From Candidatus Aldehydirespirator sp. (lineage in GTDB: Bacteria > Actinomycetota > Acidimicrobiia > Acidimicrobiales > Aldehydirespiratoraceae), in assembly GCA_965205155.1 (NCBI GenBank), contig OZ242033.1, positions 628,590 through 692,589 on the forward strand: a stretch of 64,000 nt of DNA, written 5' to 3'. Position 1 is the stretch's first letter. Each line of letters starts with the position of its first letter. Made by a program: the position numbers and the translations under genes. The notes below the pieces were generated by a model, which was given only the letters and a program-made list of their open reading frames with translations, was not told the DNA's origin and searched no databases. This document shows positions 55,303 to 64,000 of the stretch, in pieces.

Positions 55303-55608
55303 ATGGTGAGGATGGTGCGGAAGGCCCAGGTCGATTCCAGCGACGGGGCCAGGGTGAGGCAGTGGATCGAGCGCTACACCGGCTACATGGCCGCGGCCGA
55401 TCCCGAGCAGGTGACGGTGACCTCCTGGATGGAGGCCTACGGCGCCTACGGCAAGGTGTACTGGATGATCGACGCGCCGAGCCTGGCCGTGCTCGACGAG
55501 TTCCTGGAGCGCCTTCCTACCGAGGAGGGATACCGGGAGATCCTCAAGGCCGGCAGCGAGCTGTTCGTTTCCGGCCAGACCAGCGACCTGCTGCTGAAAG
55601 AGGTCTGA
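55303..55608 (+). CDS. hypothetical small protein (101 aa)
   Basis: ORF in operon context. No family recognised. Confidence 0.45.
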   Translation: MVRMVRKAQVDSSDGARVRQWIERYTGYMAAADPEQVTVTSWMEAYGAYGKVYWMIDAPSLAVLDEFLERLPTEEGYREILKAGSELFVSGQTSDLLLKEV

Positions 55609-55612
55609 ACCC

Positions 55613-56821
55613 TTGGCCCGCCGGCCCGGCGCGTCGCCGCGCCGGGGTGCTGATCGCGACCTGCTGCCCTTCCAGTTGCTGATGGGCGTGACCGCCGGCG
55701 GCATCGGCGGGATCGTCACCGTCCTCGGCGAACTGCGCGACGAGTTGGGCTTCAGCGGGTCGGGAATCGGCATCATGGTGGCCAGCGGCTTCGTGGCCGC
55801 CTTCCTGTCGCAGGTGACTCTGGCCCGGCTGGCCGATGTGGGCCACTCCCGGGTGATGGCAACCCTCGGCATCGCGCTAAGCGCAGTCGCCATGCTGATG
55901 ATGGTCTTCGCCGTCGACCTGGAGTTGTGGATACTGAGCCGGGCTGCGCTGGGATTCGCCGGGGGGCTCATCCTGCCCGGCGTGCGCCGGGCCGCCTCGG
56001 TCCACGACCCGGTCCGGGCCGGGGAGAACCTCGGCCGCATGGTGGTGGCCGAGACCACGGGGTTCATCTTCGGTCCCTCCTTGACCGCTCTGCTGGTGTG
56101 GCTGGGAGGGATCCGCCTGCCCTTCGCCGTGTTCGCGGCGGCCATGCTGCTTTTCCTGCCGGTGGCCGTGCGCCTGCCTCCCGACCGCGGCCTCCTCGAC
56201 AGCTCGGGACGGGCGACGTCGTTCGACCTCCTGCGGGGGCGGCGCCTGCAGGGAGCGCTGATCATCGTCGGCGGCTACTTCATGATGGTCGGCGCCTGGG
56301 AGTCGGTGCTGCCGGTGATGTTCGCCGACCGGGGCGCCGGCGCTGCTCTGACCGGCATCGCCTTCACGATGGTCGCGCTGCCGATCATGCTGGTGGGCAC
56401 CCGGGCGGGGCGGCTGGCCGACCGGGTGGGACCGGTGCGGGTGACGATGGCCGGGCTCGTCGCGGTGAGCGTGAGCACGATGACCTTCGGTTTCATCCCC
56501 GGTGTGATCCCGATAGCGGGGGTGATGACGCTGGTGGGCTTCGCGGACGGCTACGGGTTCACCGCGGCTCACGCGGTGGTGGCTCGAGCCGTGCCCGAGC
56601 GACGCCAGGCGGCCGCCCTGGGCCTGATGGGCGCGTCCGAGGTGGCGGGGGCCGCCATCTCCGCGCTCCCCGCCGCTTGGATGTACGAGAGTTCCGGGTC
56701 CGGGCCGACCTGGGCCGCGGTCGGCCTGGCCGTGCTGGTGCTGGTAGTGGCGGGCTGGCTGCGCATCAGGGGCACGGTGCCGGTCTCGGGACCGGACGCG
56801 CCGCAACCGCGGCCGGATTGA
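55613..56821 (+). CDS. MFS transporter
   Basis: About 12 predicted TM segments. The TTG start is tentative. Confidence 0.75.
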   Translation: MARRPGASPRRGADRDLLPFQLLMGVTAGGIGGIVTVLGELRDELGFSGSGIGIMVASGFVAAFLSQVTLARLADVGHSRVMATLGIALSAVAMLMMVFAVDLELWILSRAALGFAGGLILPGVRRAASVHDPVRAGENLGRMVVAETTGFIFGPSLTALLVWLGGIRLPFAVFAAAMLLFLPVAVRLPPDRGLLDSSGRATSFDLLRGRRLQGALIIVGGYFMMVGAWESVLPVMFADRGAGAALTGIAFTMVALPIMLVGTRAGRLADRVGPVRVTMAGLVAVSVSTMTFGFIPGVIPIAGVMTLVGFADGYGFTAAHAVVARAVPERRQAAALGLMGASEVAGAAISALPAAWMYESSGSGPTWAAVGLAVLVLVVAGWLRIRGTVPVSGPDAPQPRPD

Positions 56822-56881
56822 TCCCGGTGCCGGCGGGTCGCTTCTGGACGCGGCCGGAGACTTCACTAAGGTTCTGCCTCG

Positions 56882-59188
56882 ATGTACTCGTCGCTGGCTC
56901 GATGGTGTTTCCGCCATCCGTGGCGTGGTGTCGTCGTCTGGCTCGTCATCCTCTTCCTGACGCTGGGCGCTTCGCAGAATCTGGGGGAGGCCTACAGCGG
57001 GGACCTGGCCATCGCAGGCACTGAGAGCCACGACGGGAACGCCATTCTCCAGCGTCACTTCTCAGGGGCCGGTGCGGGCCCCGCGGGAACGATCGTGTTC
57101 CGGGCCGACCAAGGTGTCGACGACCCGGTCGTGCGATCGGCCATGGGCGAGCTCTTCGCTCGGGTGAGGGCCCTCGAGGACACCGGCGTCATCACCCCCT
57201 ACGACCCGTTGGTCGGCCCGCTGCGCATCGCGCCCGATGGCCCCGACGCGGGCCGGATCGCCTACGCCGACGTGAGCCTCCCACCCGGCACCAGCGGCAC
57301 CGAGGCCCAAGACATGGGCCGGACCATCGAGGGTCTGATCGAGGAGTTGGACCTGAACTCCATCGAGGGCCTGGAAGTGGAGGTCGGCGGGATCTGGTTC
57401 GCCGAGTTGCGGCCGCCCGAGTCAGAGGCGATCGGCCTCGCATTCGCCATCTTCGTGCTGATCGCAGTGCTGGGTTCGGTGATGGCCATGGGGGCCACCG
57501 TGGCTGCGGCTCTGGTGACCGTCGGGATCGGCGCGGCTTTCATCATCGTCTTCAGCAACTTCATGACGGTGCCGGACTTCGCGCCGGCCATCGGCCTCAT
57601 GATCGGGCTGGGAGTCGGCATTGACTACGCCCTGTTCATCATCACCCGCTACCGGGACGCTCTGAGCGAGGGCCTCGGACGTGAGCAGGCCCTGGTGGTG
57701 GCCCTCGACTCTGCGGGCCGGTCTGTCATATTCGCGGGAGCGACGGTTGTCGTGTCGCTGCTGGGAATGCTGTTCATCGGGATCCCGTTCGTGACCGGCT
57801 TCGGTGTGGCCGCCGCGGCCACGGTGGCGGTCGTCATGATCGGCTCGGTGACGTTGCTGCCGTCGCTCATCGCGCTGCTCGGTGACCGGATCACCACCAC
57901 ACGGGTACGAGGCATCGTCGCCGCGGTGCTGTTCAGCGTGGCCCTCTTCGGCTTCGGGGCCGGCATCGAACCACTGGCGGCCGGAGCCGTGCCTGTTGCT
58001 GTGATCGTGCTGGTGGCCGGACTGTTCGGACGGGACCGCAACCCGCTGCGGCGAAGGCTGCGGCCGCGCCGGGAGCGGCCGCTGCGAGAGACCGGCTGGT
58101 ACCGGCTCAGCCGGGCGGTGCAAGCCCGACCATGGGCGTTCGCGGTCGGCGGCACCCTGCTCCTGCTTCTGCTGGCTGCTCCGGTGCTCGTGCTGCGGTT
58201 CGGCTTCGCCGATGAGAGCAACTACGGCCCCGAGACCACCACTCGCCAGGCCTACGAACTTCTCGTCGACGGCTTCGGGGCGGGCGCCAACGGTCCGCTG
58301 GTGGTGGTTACCGAAGTGTCGGAAACCTCTCAGATGGCCGAACTCAACCGCCTGGCACAGGCCATGGCGGCTACCGACGGCGTCAGCTTCGTCAGCCCGC
58401 CCATCCCCAACAGCCCGATAGCGCCCACGGCTGCCGCCATCGAGGTGCGACCGACCACCGGACCTCAAGCGGCCGAGACCGAGGCCCTCGTCAAGCACCT
58501 TCGCAGCTCAGTCATTCCCGCGGCGATCGCTGGGACCGACCTCGAGCCTCAGATCACCGGCCTGGTCGCGGTGAAGACTGATGTCAGCGACTTCTTGAAA
58601 TCGCGCACCGCGGTGTTCTTCGTGGCGGTGCTCGGCGCCTCCTTCCTGCTGCTGATGGCAGTGTTCCGCTCGCTGGTTGTGCCGATCAAGGCCGTCATCA
58701 TGAACATGCTCTCGATCGGTGCGGCCTACGGCGTGCTGGTGGCCGTGTTCCAGTGGGGCTGGCTCGGCAGCGTCGTGGGGATCGAGCCGGGCCCGATCGA
58801 GCCGTTCATGCCGATGATGCTGTTCGCGGTGCTGTTCGGGCTGTCGATGGACTACGAGGTCTTCCTGTTGTCGCGCATGAAGGAGGAGTTCGAGCGCACC
58901 GGCGACGCAGTCAACTCCGTTGCCGACGGCCTGGCCGCCACCGCCCGCGTCATCACGGCCGCCGCGCTCATCATGGTCTTCGTGTTCGGGAGCTTCGTGT
59001 TCGAGGACCAGCGGGCCATCAAGATGTTCGGCATCGGCCTGGCCGCCGCCGTCGCCGCCGACGCCAGCCTGGTGCGAATGCTGATCGTGCCCTCCACCAT
59101 GGAACTGCTCGGCGCCCGCAACTGGTGGCTGCCGGGCTGGCTCGACCGGATCCTGCCCAACCTCAACGTGGAGGGCAGCCGCCGCTAG
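56882..59188 (+). CDS. MMPL-family (RND superfamily) membrane transporter
   Basis: 768 aa with a duplicated 6-TM architecture and GIDYALFI / SMDYEVFL motifs. Confidence 0.9.
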   Translation: MYSSLARWCFRHPWRGVVVWLVILFLTLGASQNLGEAYSGDLAIAGTESHDGNAILQRHFSGAGAGPAGTIVFRADQGVDDPVVRSAMGELFARVRALEDTGVITPYDPLVGPLRIAPDGPDAGRIAYADVSLPPGTSGTEAQDMGRTIEGLIEELDLNSIEGLEVEVGGIWFAELRPPESEAIGLAFAIFVLIAVLGSVMAMGATVAAALVTVGIGAAFIIVFSNFMTVPDFAPAIGLMIGLGVGIDYALFIITRYRDALSEGLGREQALVVALDSAGRSVIFAGATVVVSLLGMLFIGIPFVTGFGVAAAATVAVVMIGSVTLLPSLIALLGDRITTTRVRGIVAAVLFSVALFGFGAGIEPLAAGAVPVAVIVLVAGLFGRDRNPLRRRLRPRRERPLRETGWYRLSRAVQARPWAFAVGGTLLLLLLAAPVLVLRFGFADESNYGPETTTRQAYELLVDGFGAGANGPLVVVTEVSETSQMAELNRLAQAMAATDGVSFVSPPIPNSPIAPTAAAIEVRPTTGPQAAETEALVKHLRSSVIPAAIAGTDLEPQITGLVAVKTDVSDFLKSRTAVFFVAVLGASFLLLMAVFRSLVVPIKAVIMNMLSIGAAYGVLVAVFQWGWLGSVVGIEPGPIEPFMPMMLFAVLFGLSMDYEVFLLSRMKEEFERTGDAVNSVADGLAATARVITAAALIMVFVFGSFVFEDQRAIKMFGIGLAAAVAADASLVRMLIVPSTMELLGARNWWLPGWLDRILPNLNVEGSRR

Positions 59189-59189
59189 A

Positions 59190-59300
59190 GGTCGAGCGAG
59201 CAGGTGAGCGAATCCGGCTCATACGGGCGAGGCCGTGGCCCGAGCGGCCCGTGAGCGCAGCGAACAAGAGCGGGAGACACACCGCCGCATCGCGACGGGC
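59190..59300 (-). repeat. intergenic repeat element, copy 3 (inverted relative to copies 1-2)
   Basis: …GGCCCGAGCGGCCCGTGAGCGCAGCGAACAAGAGCGGGAGACAC… is the reverse complement of the copy 1/2 core. It begins right after the MMPL stop. Confidence 0.75.
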
Positions 59301-59335
59301 TTGTCCCTACCAGCGCACGTTCTCAGCGAGTGCCG

Positions 59336-60439
59336 TCAGGCGCCGGGGAAGTCTCGCTTGGGGATCATGCAGTGGACGCCCTTCACGTCGTTCACCACCT
59401 GGGTCACCTCGAAGTCGGCCGCGCAGCTCAAATAGGTGTAGGCGATGTGGCGGGGCAGGCCGAGCCGGCTCTCGCAGAAGCGCAGGGCCTCGCGGACCGC
59501 CTCCCGCATCGCCTCGTCGAGATCGGTGTGAAGGCCGATCGGTACCCAGTGGTCTGCGGTCTCGCCCAGGGGGTTCTCGATCAGCCCGCAGACCCGGCGG
59601 GCCTCGGGGCCGCGTAGCAGCGACAGGCGCAGGTCGGCCCGCAGCGAGCCCTCCAGCGCGGTGAGCGCCACCTCCCCGTTGCCCTGCGCGAAGTGCGGGT
59701 CGCCCACCGCGAAGCCGGCTCCGGCGGTCTGGACCGGCAGGTACAGGGTCGTGCCGCTCACGAGGTGCTTGACGTCCAGATTGCCGCCGTGGCGCCCCGG
59801 GGGGCGGGTGGCGACCGGTTGGTCCGTGTCGGGCGCGACGCCCACCATTCCCAGGAACGGGCCGATCGGATACCGCACGGCGCGGCCACCGGTGTGGCGC
59901 AGCACCGCCGTGCCCGCGCCGGCATGGCCCTCGACCGACGTGAACACCGACACGGTGCCGCCGGGAGCGCCGGGCGTGAGCGTGTCCGCCGGCGCGGTCC
60001 CGTCGGGCATCTCGCCGCCCAGCGCGCCGAGACCGTGGCGGTTCGAGGTGACGCCGTAGGGCACCCGCAGATCGAAGCCCAGCATGTCGACCTGCAGCAG
60101 ATCGCCGGGCTCGGCTCCCCGGACCTCGATCGGTCCGGTCACCACGTGGGGGCCGTCGACTCCGAAGGTGTGGGGCACGTCGCGGGCCATCTCCACCGCA
60201 TCGGCCAGCACGTCGCGGGGGGCAACGCCCCGGGCTCCGAAGAAGGCGGCCGGATCGCGGCCCTGGTCCTCGAGGATCCCCTCGTGCGACAGGGTGTCGA
60301 CCGTGACCACCGCGCCGCCGGCCACCGACAGCACCGGGCTGGCCAGCCGGTTCGGCCACCAGCCCCACCGGCAGGTCTCCGGGGTGACCGGGAGGTAGTG
60401 CTCGCCGTCGATACGGCCCTGGCCCGGATTCAGAATCAA
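59336..60439 (-). CDS. acetamidase/formamidase-family amidohydrolase
   Basis: This is the C-terminal 367 codons of the 1052-aa track ORF. Tentative TTG start at 60439 (GAGG upstream). GPIEVRGAEPGDLLQVDML and GNLDVKHL motifs. Confidence 0.75.
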   Translation of the reverse strand: MILNPGQGRIDGEHYLPVTPETCRWGWWPNRLASPVLSVAGGAVVTVDTLSHEGILEDQGRDPAAFFGARGVAPRDVLADAVEMARDVPHTFGVDGPHVVTGPIEVRGAEPGDLLQVDMLGFDLRVPYGVTSNRHGLGALGGEMPDGTAPADTLTPGAPGGTVSVFTSVEGHAGAGTAVLRHTGGRAVRYPIGPFLGMVGVAPDTDQPVATRPPGRHGGNLDVKHLVSGTTLYLPVQTAGAGFAVGDPHFAQGNGEVALTALEGSLRADLRLSLLRGPEARRVCGLIENPLGETADHWVPIGLHTDLDEAMREAVREALRFCESRLGLPRHIAYTYLSCAADFEVTQVVNDVKGVHCMIPKRDFPGA

Positions 60440-60496
60440 CGCGGCTGCCTCACCCGCTGATTCTCGCGCGAGCCCCGGCGCGTATGCTCGGTCGCG

Positions 60497-61912
60497 ATGG
60501 GGGCCGAGACCGCGATGAGGGCCGTGCCGGCGGCCGCCGCGACGCTGCTGGTGTCGGGCGGCGACGTCGTGACCATGAACACGGCCCGGGAGGTGCTGGT
60601 CGGGGGTGCGGTGGCCGTTGCCGGTGATGTGATCGCCGCGGTCGGTTCCAGCACCGAGCTGGCCGGTCGCTATCCCGAGGCCGAGGTGATCGACGCCACC
60701 GGATGCGTGGTCACGCCGGGAATGATCAACGCCCACCAGCACCTGACGGGCGATCCCCTCATCCGCAGCTGCATTCCCGATCTCCTGCCCCCGGGCGCCT
60801 CGATCTTCGAATGGTCGGTGCCCGCCCACGGGGCCCACACCGGCGACGACGACGAGCTCTCCGCGGTTCTGTCCTCGGTCGAGAACCTCGCCAACGGCGT
60901 GACCACCGTGGTGGAGGCGGGCACCGTGGCCAACCCGCACCGGGCCGCGGCCGGGATGCGCCGGGCCGGCATCCGCGGCACGATGGGCACCTGGGGGTGG
61001 GACATCGAGGAGGGCCCCTTCACCGGGCCCGCGGACGAGGTGATAGAACGCCAGCGCGAGGTGGTGGACGTCCTGGGATCCGGCGGGCTCATCGAAGGGT
61101 GGGTGACGCTGGTGGGCCACGACCTGGCCTCCGACGAGCTGCTGGCCGGGGCGGCCGAGCTGGCCCGGGACAGATGCACCGGCCTCACCATGCACATGTC
61201 GCCCACCTCGTCGGATCCCGAGCGGTACCTGACCCGCACCGGGCGCCGTCCCCTGGTCCACCTCGACGCGCTGGACGTGCTCGGACCCCACCTGCTGGTG
61301 GCCCACGGGGTGTGGCTGGACGACGCCGAGGTGGAGCTGGTGCTGGGCACGTCGACGGCCATCGCCTACTGCCCGTGGGCCTACCTGCGGCTGGGCCAGG
61401 GTGTGGCCGGTCAGGGTCGCCACGCCGAGATCGTGGAGCGGGGCGGGCGGGTGGCGCTGGGCTGCGACGCCTCCAATGCGGGCGACACTTCGGACATCCT
61501 GCGGGTGGCGGCGCTGGCCGCCGGCCTGGCCCGAGACACCCGCGTCGATCCCGAGCGCTTCGGAGCCCACACCGCATTCGAGCTGGCCACCATCGCGGGC
61601 GCGGCCGCAATCGGCATGGGCGACCGGATCGGCAGCCTCGAAGCCGGCAAGCAGGCCGACATCGTGGTGCACGACACCTCCTCGGTGGCCTGGAACCCCC
61701 GGGGCGAAACGGTCCTCCAGCTCGTCTGGGGCACCGACGGGCGATCCGTCCGCGACGTGGTGGTGGCCGGCCGGCCCGTGGTGCGCGACGGCACCTGCGT
61801 CACCGTCGACCTCGCCGCCCTCCGCGCCGAGGCCGCCGAGGCCCAGAGGTCGCTGCTGTCGAGAGCCGGTCTGGAGATACCGCATCGATGGCCCCACATC
61901 CCCTGTCCCTAG
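60497..61912 (+). CDS. amidohydrolase-superfamily protein (chlorohydrolase / aminohydrolase-deaminase type)
   Basis: GMINAHQHL metal-binding motif and a TIM-barrel amidohydrolase pattern. Confidence 0.8.
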   Translation: MGAETAMRAVPAAAATLLVSGGDVVTMNTAREVLVGGAVAVAGDVIAAVGSSTELAGRYPEAEVIDATGCVVTPGMINAHQHLTGDPLIRSCIPDLLPPGASIFEWSVPAHGAHTGDDDELSAVLSSVENLANGVTTVVEAGTVANPHRAAAGMRRAGIRGTMGTWGWDIEEGPFTGPADEVIERQREVVDVLGSGGLIEGWVTLVGHDLASDELLAGAAELARDRCTGLTMHMSPTSSDPERYLTRTGRRPLVHLDALDVLGPHLLVAHGVWLDDAEVELVLGTSTAIAYCPWAYLRLGQGVAGQGRHAEIVERGGRVALGCDASNAGDTSDILRVAALAAGLARDTRVDPERFGAHTAFELATIAGAAAIGMGDRIGSLEAGKQADIVVHDTSSVAWNPRGETVLQLVWGTDGRSVRDVVVAGRPVVRDGTCVTVDLAALRAEAAEAQRSLLSRAGLEIPHRWPHIPCP

Positions 61913-61948
61913 CCTGTTACCGGCCTCTATCCGTGAACTAGGAGCATC

Positions 61949-62986
61949 ATGCAGGTTGCCGTCGTCACCGGACCGGGAGCGGTCGAGCTGCGCGAGGAGC
62001 CCCGGCCCGCGGCCGGCCCCGACGATGTTCTCGTGGCAGTGGATGCCTGCGGCCTGTGCACCATGGAGCGGCGCCTTTTCGATGGGACCAAGCCGGTCTA
62101 TCCCGTCGCGCCGGGCCACGAGGCCGCCGGCCGGGTGATCGAGGTCGGTGAGGCCGTTGCGTCCCTGCCGGGAACTCCCCAGGTCGGAGACCTGGTCACC
62201 ATGGACCTTCTGACCCGGTGCGGCACCTGCCACATGTGCCGGCGAGGCCGCAGCGCCCTGTGCAAGCGACCCCAGGGCGGGGCCCTCAGCGACGGAACCA
62301 TCTCTATGGGCGCCGGCCTCGCCGAGGTGGTCAGGGTGGCCGCGGCCCAGACCTACCGGGTCGGCGAGATCCCGGTCGAGCACGCCGCGATGGGCGAGCC
62401 GCTGGCCTGCGTGGTGCACTCGGTCCGGTTGAGCGGCTTCCGGGCCGGAGACCGTGTGGCCGTGATCGGTGCGGGCTATATGGGCCGCATGCACCTGTCT
62501 CTGTGCCGGGCCTGGGGTGCTTCACGGGTCGGCATGGTCGACGTGGACGGTCAGCGCCGGGCCGAGGCGGCCGAGGCCGGAGCGGGCTGGGTGGCCGGAC
62601 CCGACGACCTGGCCGGCCGGCACGGCCAGCACGATGCGGTGTTCGTGACCGCGGGTGCGCCCGGCGCGGTCGAGTTGGCCCTGGACCTGTGCGACGACGC
62701 TGGGGCAGTGGTCCTGTACGGGGCCTTCCCCAAGGACGTCATGGCGTCGGTCGGCGCGGACCGCATCCATCATCACGAACTGTCGATCATCGGGGTCTTC
62801 AGCCACGAACCGGAGGATTGGCGGACGGCCGCCGGGCTGTTGGAGTCCGGCGCGCTGGCCACCGACCTCGACCGTCTGGTGACTGCCCGCTACCGCCTGG
62901 ACGAGGTCGCCGACGCCATGACGCTGGCGGTGTCGCAGCCCGTCTACCGGGTCATGGTCGGGTGCCTGGGCCCGAGCGGCCCGTGA
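61949..62986 (+). CDS. zinc-dependent alcohol dehydrogenase (MDR family)
   Basis: GHEAAG, the structural-Zn Cys cluster CGTCHMCRRGRSALC, and GAGYMG. Confidence 0.85.
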   Translation: MQVAVVTGPGAVELREEPRPAAGPDDVLVAVDACGLCTMERRLFDGTKPVYPVAPGHEAAGRVIEVGEAVASLPGTPQVGDLVTMDLLTRCGTCHMCRRGRSALCKRPQGGALSDGTISMGAGLAEVVRVAAAQTYRVGEIPVEHAAMGEPLACVVHSVRLSGFRAGDRVAVIGAGYMGRMHLSLCRAWGASRVGMVDVDGQRRAEAAEAGAGWVAGPDDLAGRHGQHDAVFVTAGAPGAVELALDLCDDAGAVVLYGAFPKDVMASVGADRIHHHELSIIGVFSHEPEDWRTAAGLLESGALATDLDRLVTARYRLDEVADAMTLAVSQPVYRVMVGCLGPSGP

Positions 62987-63016
62987 GCGCAGCGAACAAG
63001 AGCGGGAGACACCACA
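62962..63016 (-). repeat. intergenic repeat element, copy 4 (half-copy, inverted), overlapping the 3-prime end of the ADH gene
   Basis: GGCCCGAGCGGCCCGTGAGCGCAGCGAACAAGAGCGGGAGACAC is identical to the copy 3 core. The ADH stop (TGA 62984-62986) lies inside it. Confidence 0.7.
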
Positions 63017-63042
63017 ACCTGACTGGCAGGAGGACGGTCCCG

Positions 63043-64000
63043 GTGAACTCGGTCGTCGTCGGCGTCGACCTCGGGACCGGCGGGGCCCGCGCGGTGGCAC
63101 TGGCTCGCAGCGGGAGCGTGAGCCTCTGGATGTACGAGCCCTTCGAGGGGGCCTCATCGTGGCCTCCGGGCCGGGCCGACCCTGCTGCCTGGCTCGCCGG
63201 TCTGGGCCGGCTCCTGGCCAGGGTGGACGAGGCCGGCCTGGAGATCGCAGCCGTGGGCGTGGGCGGTCAGAGTCCCACCACCGTCCCGCTGCGGGACGAC
63301 CGGAGCAGGGACCCGGTCGGGTGGGCCGCGACCTGCCGGCATCCGGCCGGCATCGGCCTGGACCGGACCGGTCAGCACCTGGCCCAACTGGAGTTTCTCA
63401 GTCACGAGGCGGGCCGCCCGCTGGCCGGAGCGCAGATCTGGGACTGGGCGCTGCGCTGCCTGGGCGCGGGCGACATCCAGGGACTGTGGCCCGACGAGGA
63501 GACCGTTCCGGGATACGGCGAGCGGGTGGAGGTGGGGACGGTCATCGGGCACTGCGACGGGTCGCTGGGCCTGCCCGCCGGCACGCCGCTGGTGAGCGCG
63601 TCCAACGACGCCTACATGAGCTTCTGGGCGGGGGGCCTGGGCACTCCCCGCCGGGGCCATGACCCCGGTGGCCGCACCGGCGGGCTGGGCGTGGCGGTGG
63701 AGGCGGCGCAGCGTCCAGTCGGGATCCCCGGGTACTTCAGCCCGGTGGCCGGTGTGGAGGTGGTCGGCGGCCCCACCAACGGGCACGGGCAGCTGCTGGA
63801 GTGGTGGTCGGGCACGTCGGGCCGATCCATCGAGGAGCTGTTGGCGCTGGCCGGGAGCGTGGCCCCGGGCGCGGGCGGCCTAGTGGTGCTGCCCTATCAT
63901 GACGGTGAGCGGGCACCGCGGTGGGAGTCCCGCCTGCGGGGTGAGATCCACGGCCTGACGTTCGACACCGGCGTGGCCGAGATCGCCCGGGCTGTGCTTG
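63043..64000 (+). CDS. FGGY-family carbohydrate kinase (3-prime truncated by the window edge)
   Basis: Hand-translated; it is absent from the track because no stop occurs within the window. GTG at 63043 with AGGAGGA 8 nt upstream. VVVGVDLGTGGARAV…, …LPYHDGERAPRW. Confidence 0.7.
   Translation, partial: MNSVVVGVDLGTGGARAVALARSGSVSLWMYEPFEGASSWPPGRADPAAWLAGLGRLLARVDEAGLEIAAVGVGGQSPTTVPLRDDRSRDPVGWAATCRHPAGIGLDRTGQHLAQLEFLSHEAGRPLAGAQIWDWALRCLGAGDIQGLWPDEETVPGYGERVEVGTVIGHCDGSLGLPAGTPLVSASNDAYMSFWAGGLGTPRRGHDPGGRTGGLGVAVEAAQRPVGIPGYFSPVAGVEVVGGPTNGHGQLLEWWSGTSGRSIEELLALAGSVAPGAGGLVVLPYHDGERAPRWESRLRGEIHGLTFDTGVAEIARAVL

Noticed and set aside
60440-62494. Upstream two-thirds of the 1052-aa minus-strand ORF 59336..62494
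   Set aside because: It runs antisense to two well-supported plus-strand genes (amidohydrolase and Zn-ADH). Its translation there is Arg/Gly/Pro-rich low-complexity sequence typical of high-GC antisense frames. Only the last 367 codons (the formamidase family part) look like a real protein.

Overview
High-GC, actinobacterial-looking chromosomal segment (GC judged by eye from G/C-dominated third codon positions). It is densely coding, with about 60 genes. I saw no rRNA, tRNA, CRISPR array, transposase, integrase or phage genes. Many long ORFs in the supplied track are antisense or alternate-frame artefacts of the GC bias; starts below were chosen from stop/start overlaps, RBS-like motifs and paralogue alignment, all done by eye without searches. 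Order of content: (1) an amt operon that lacks glnK. It carries a run of tiny membrane peptides and a DUF1989-GcvT fusion, and sits behind a 20-bp-periodic triple repeat. (2) An XRE-cupin regulator divergent from a VOC / cupin / hydantoinase A+B / AMP-ligase operon. (3) Two tandem PaREP1/HEPN-like paralogues. (4) A Rieske oxygenase, a 2Fe-2S subunit and a fused molybdopterin+FAD hydroxylase. (5) A BMP-family ABC importer. (6) A roughly 25-kb run of minus-strand genes (24843-49839). It contains an odd nine-gene operon: Rieske oxygenase, flavin reductase, TPP E1 alpha/beta, a free lipoyl domain, two SDRs, a clear methenyl-H4MPT cyclohydrolase (Mch) homologue and a Mer-like F420/LLM oxidoreductase. 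It also contains a 3212-aa type I PKS (KS-AT-DH-cMT-ER-KR-ACP-KS) whose last KS has lost its AT, with a discrete carrier protein, an Sfp-type PPTase, an amidase and an alpha/beta hydrolase. The run ends with two tandem NCS2 permeases carrying an unusual C-terminal domain. (7) VapBC. (8) More Rieske oxygenases (one alpha+beta pair), an aldolase, a second DUF1989 protein, MFS and MMPL transporters, a formamidase/amidohydrolase pair, a Zn-ADH and a truncated FGGY kinase. A roughly 110-130 bp intergenic repeat occurs four times in both orientations. The candidates I rate most novel are the Mch/Mer-like/E1/lipoyl/Rieske operon, the split-module PKS cluster and the repeat family.
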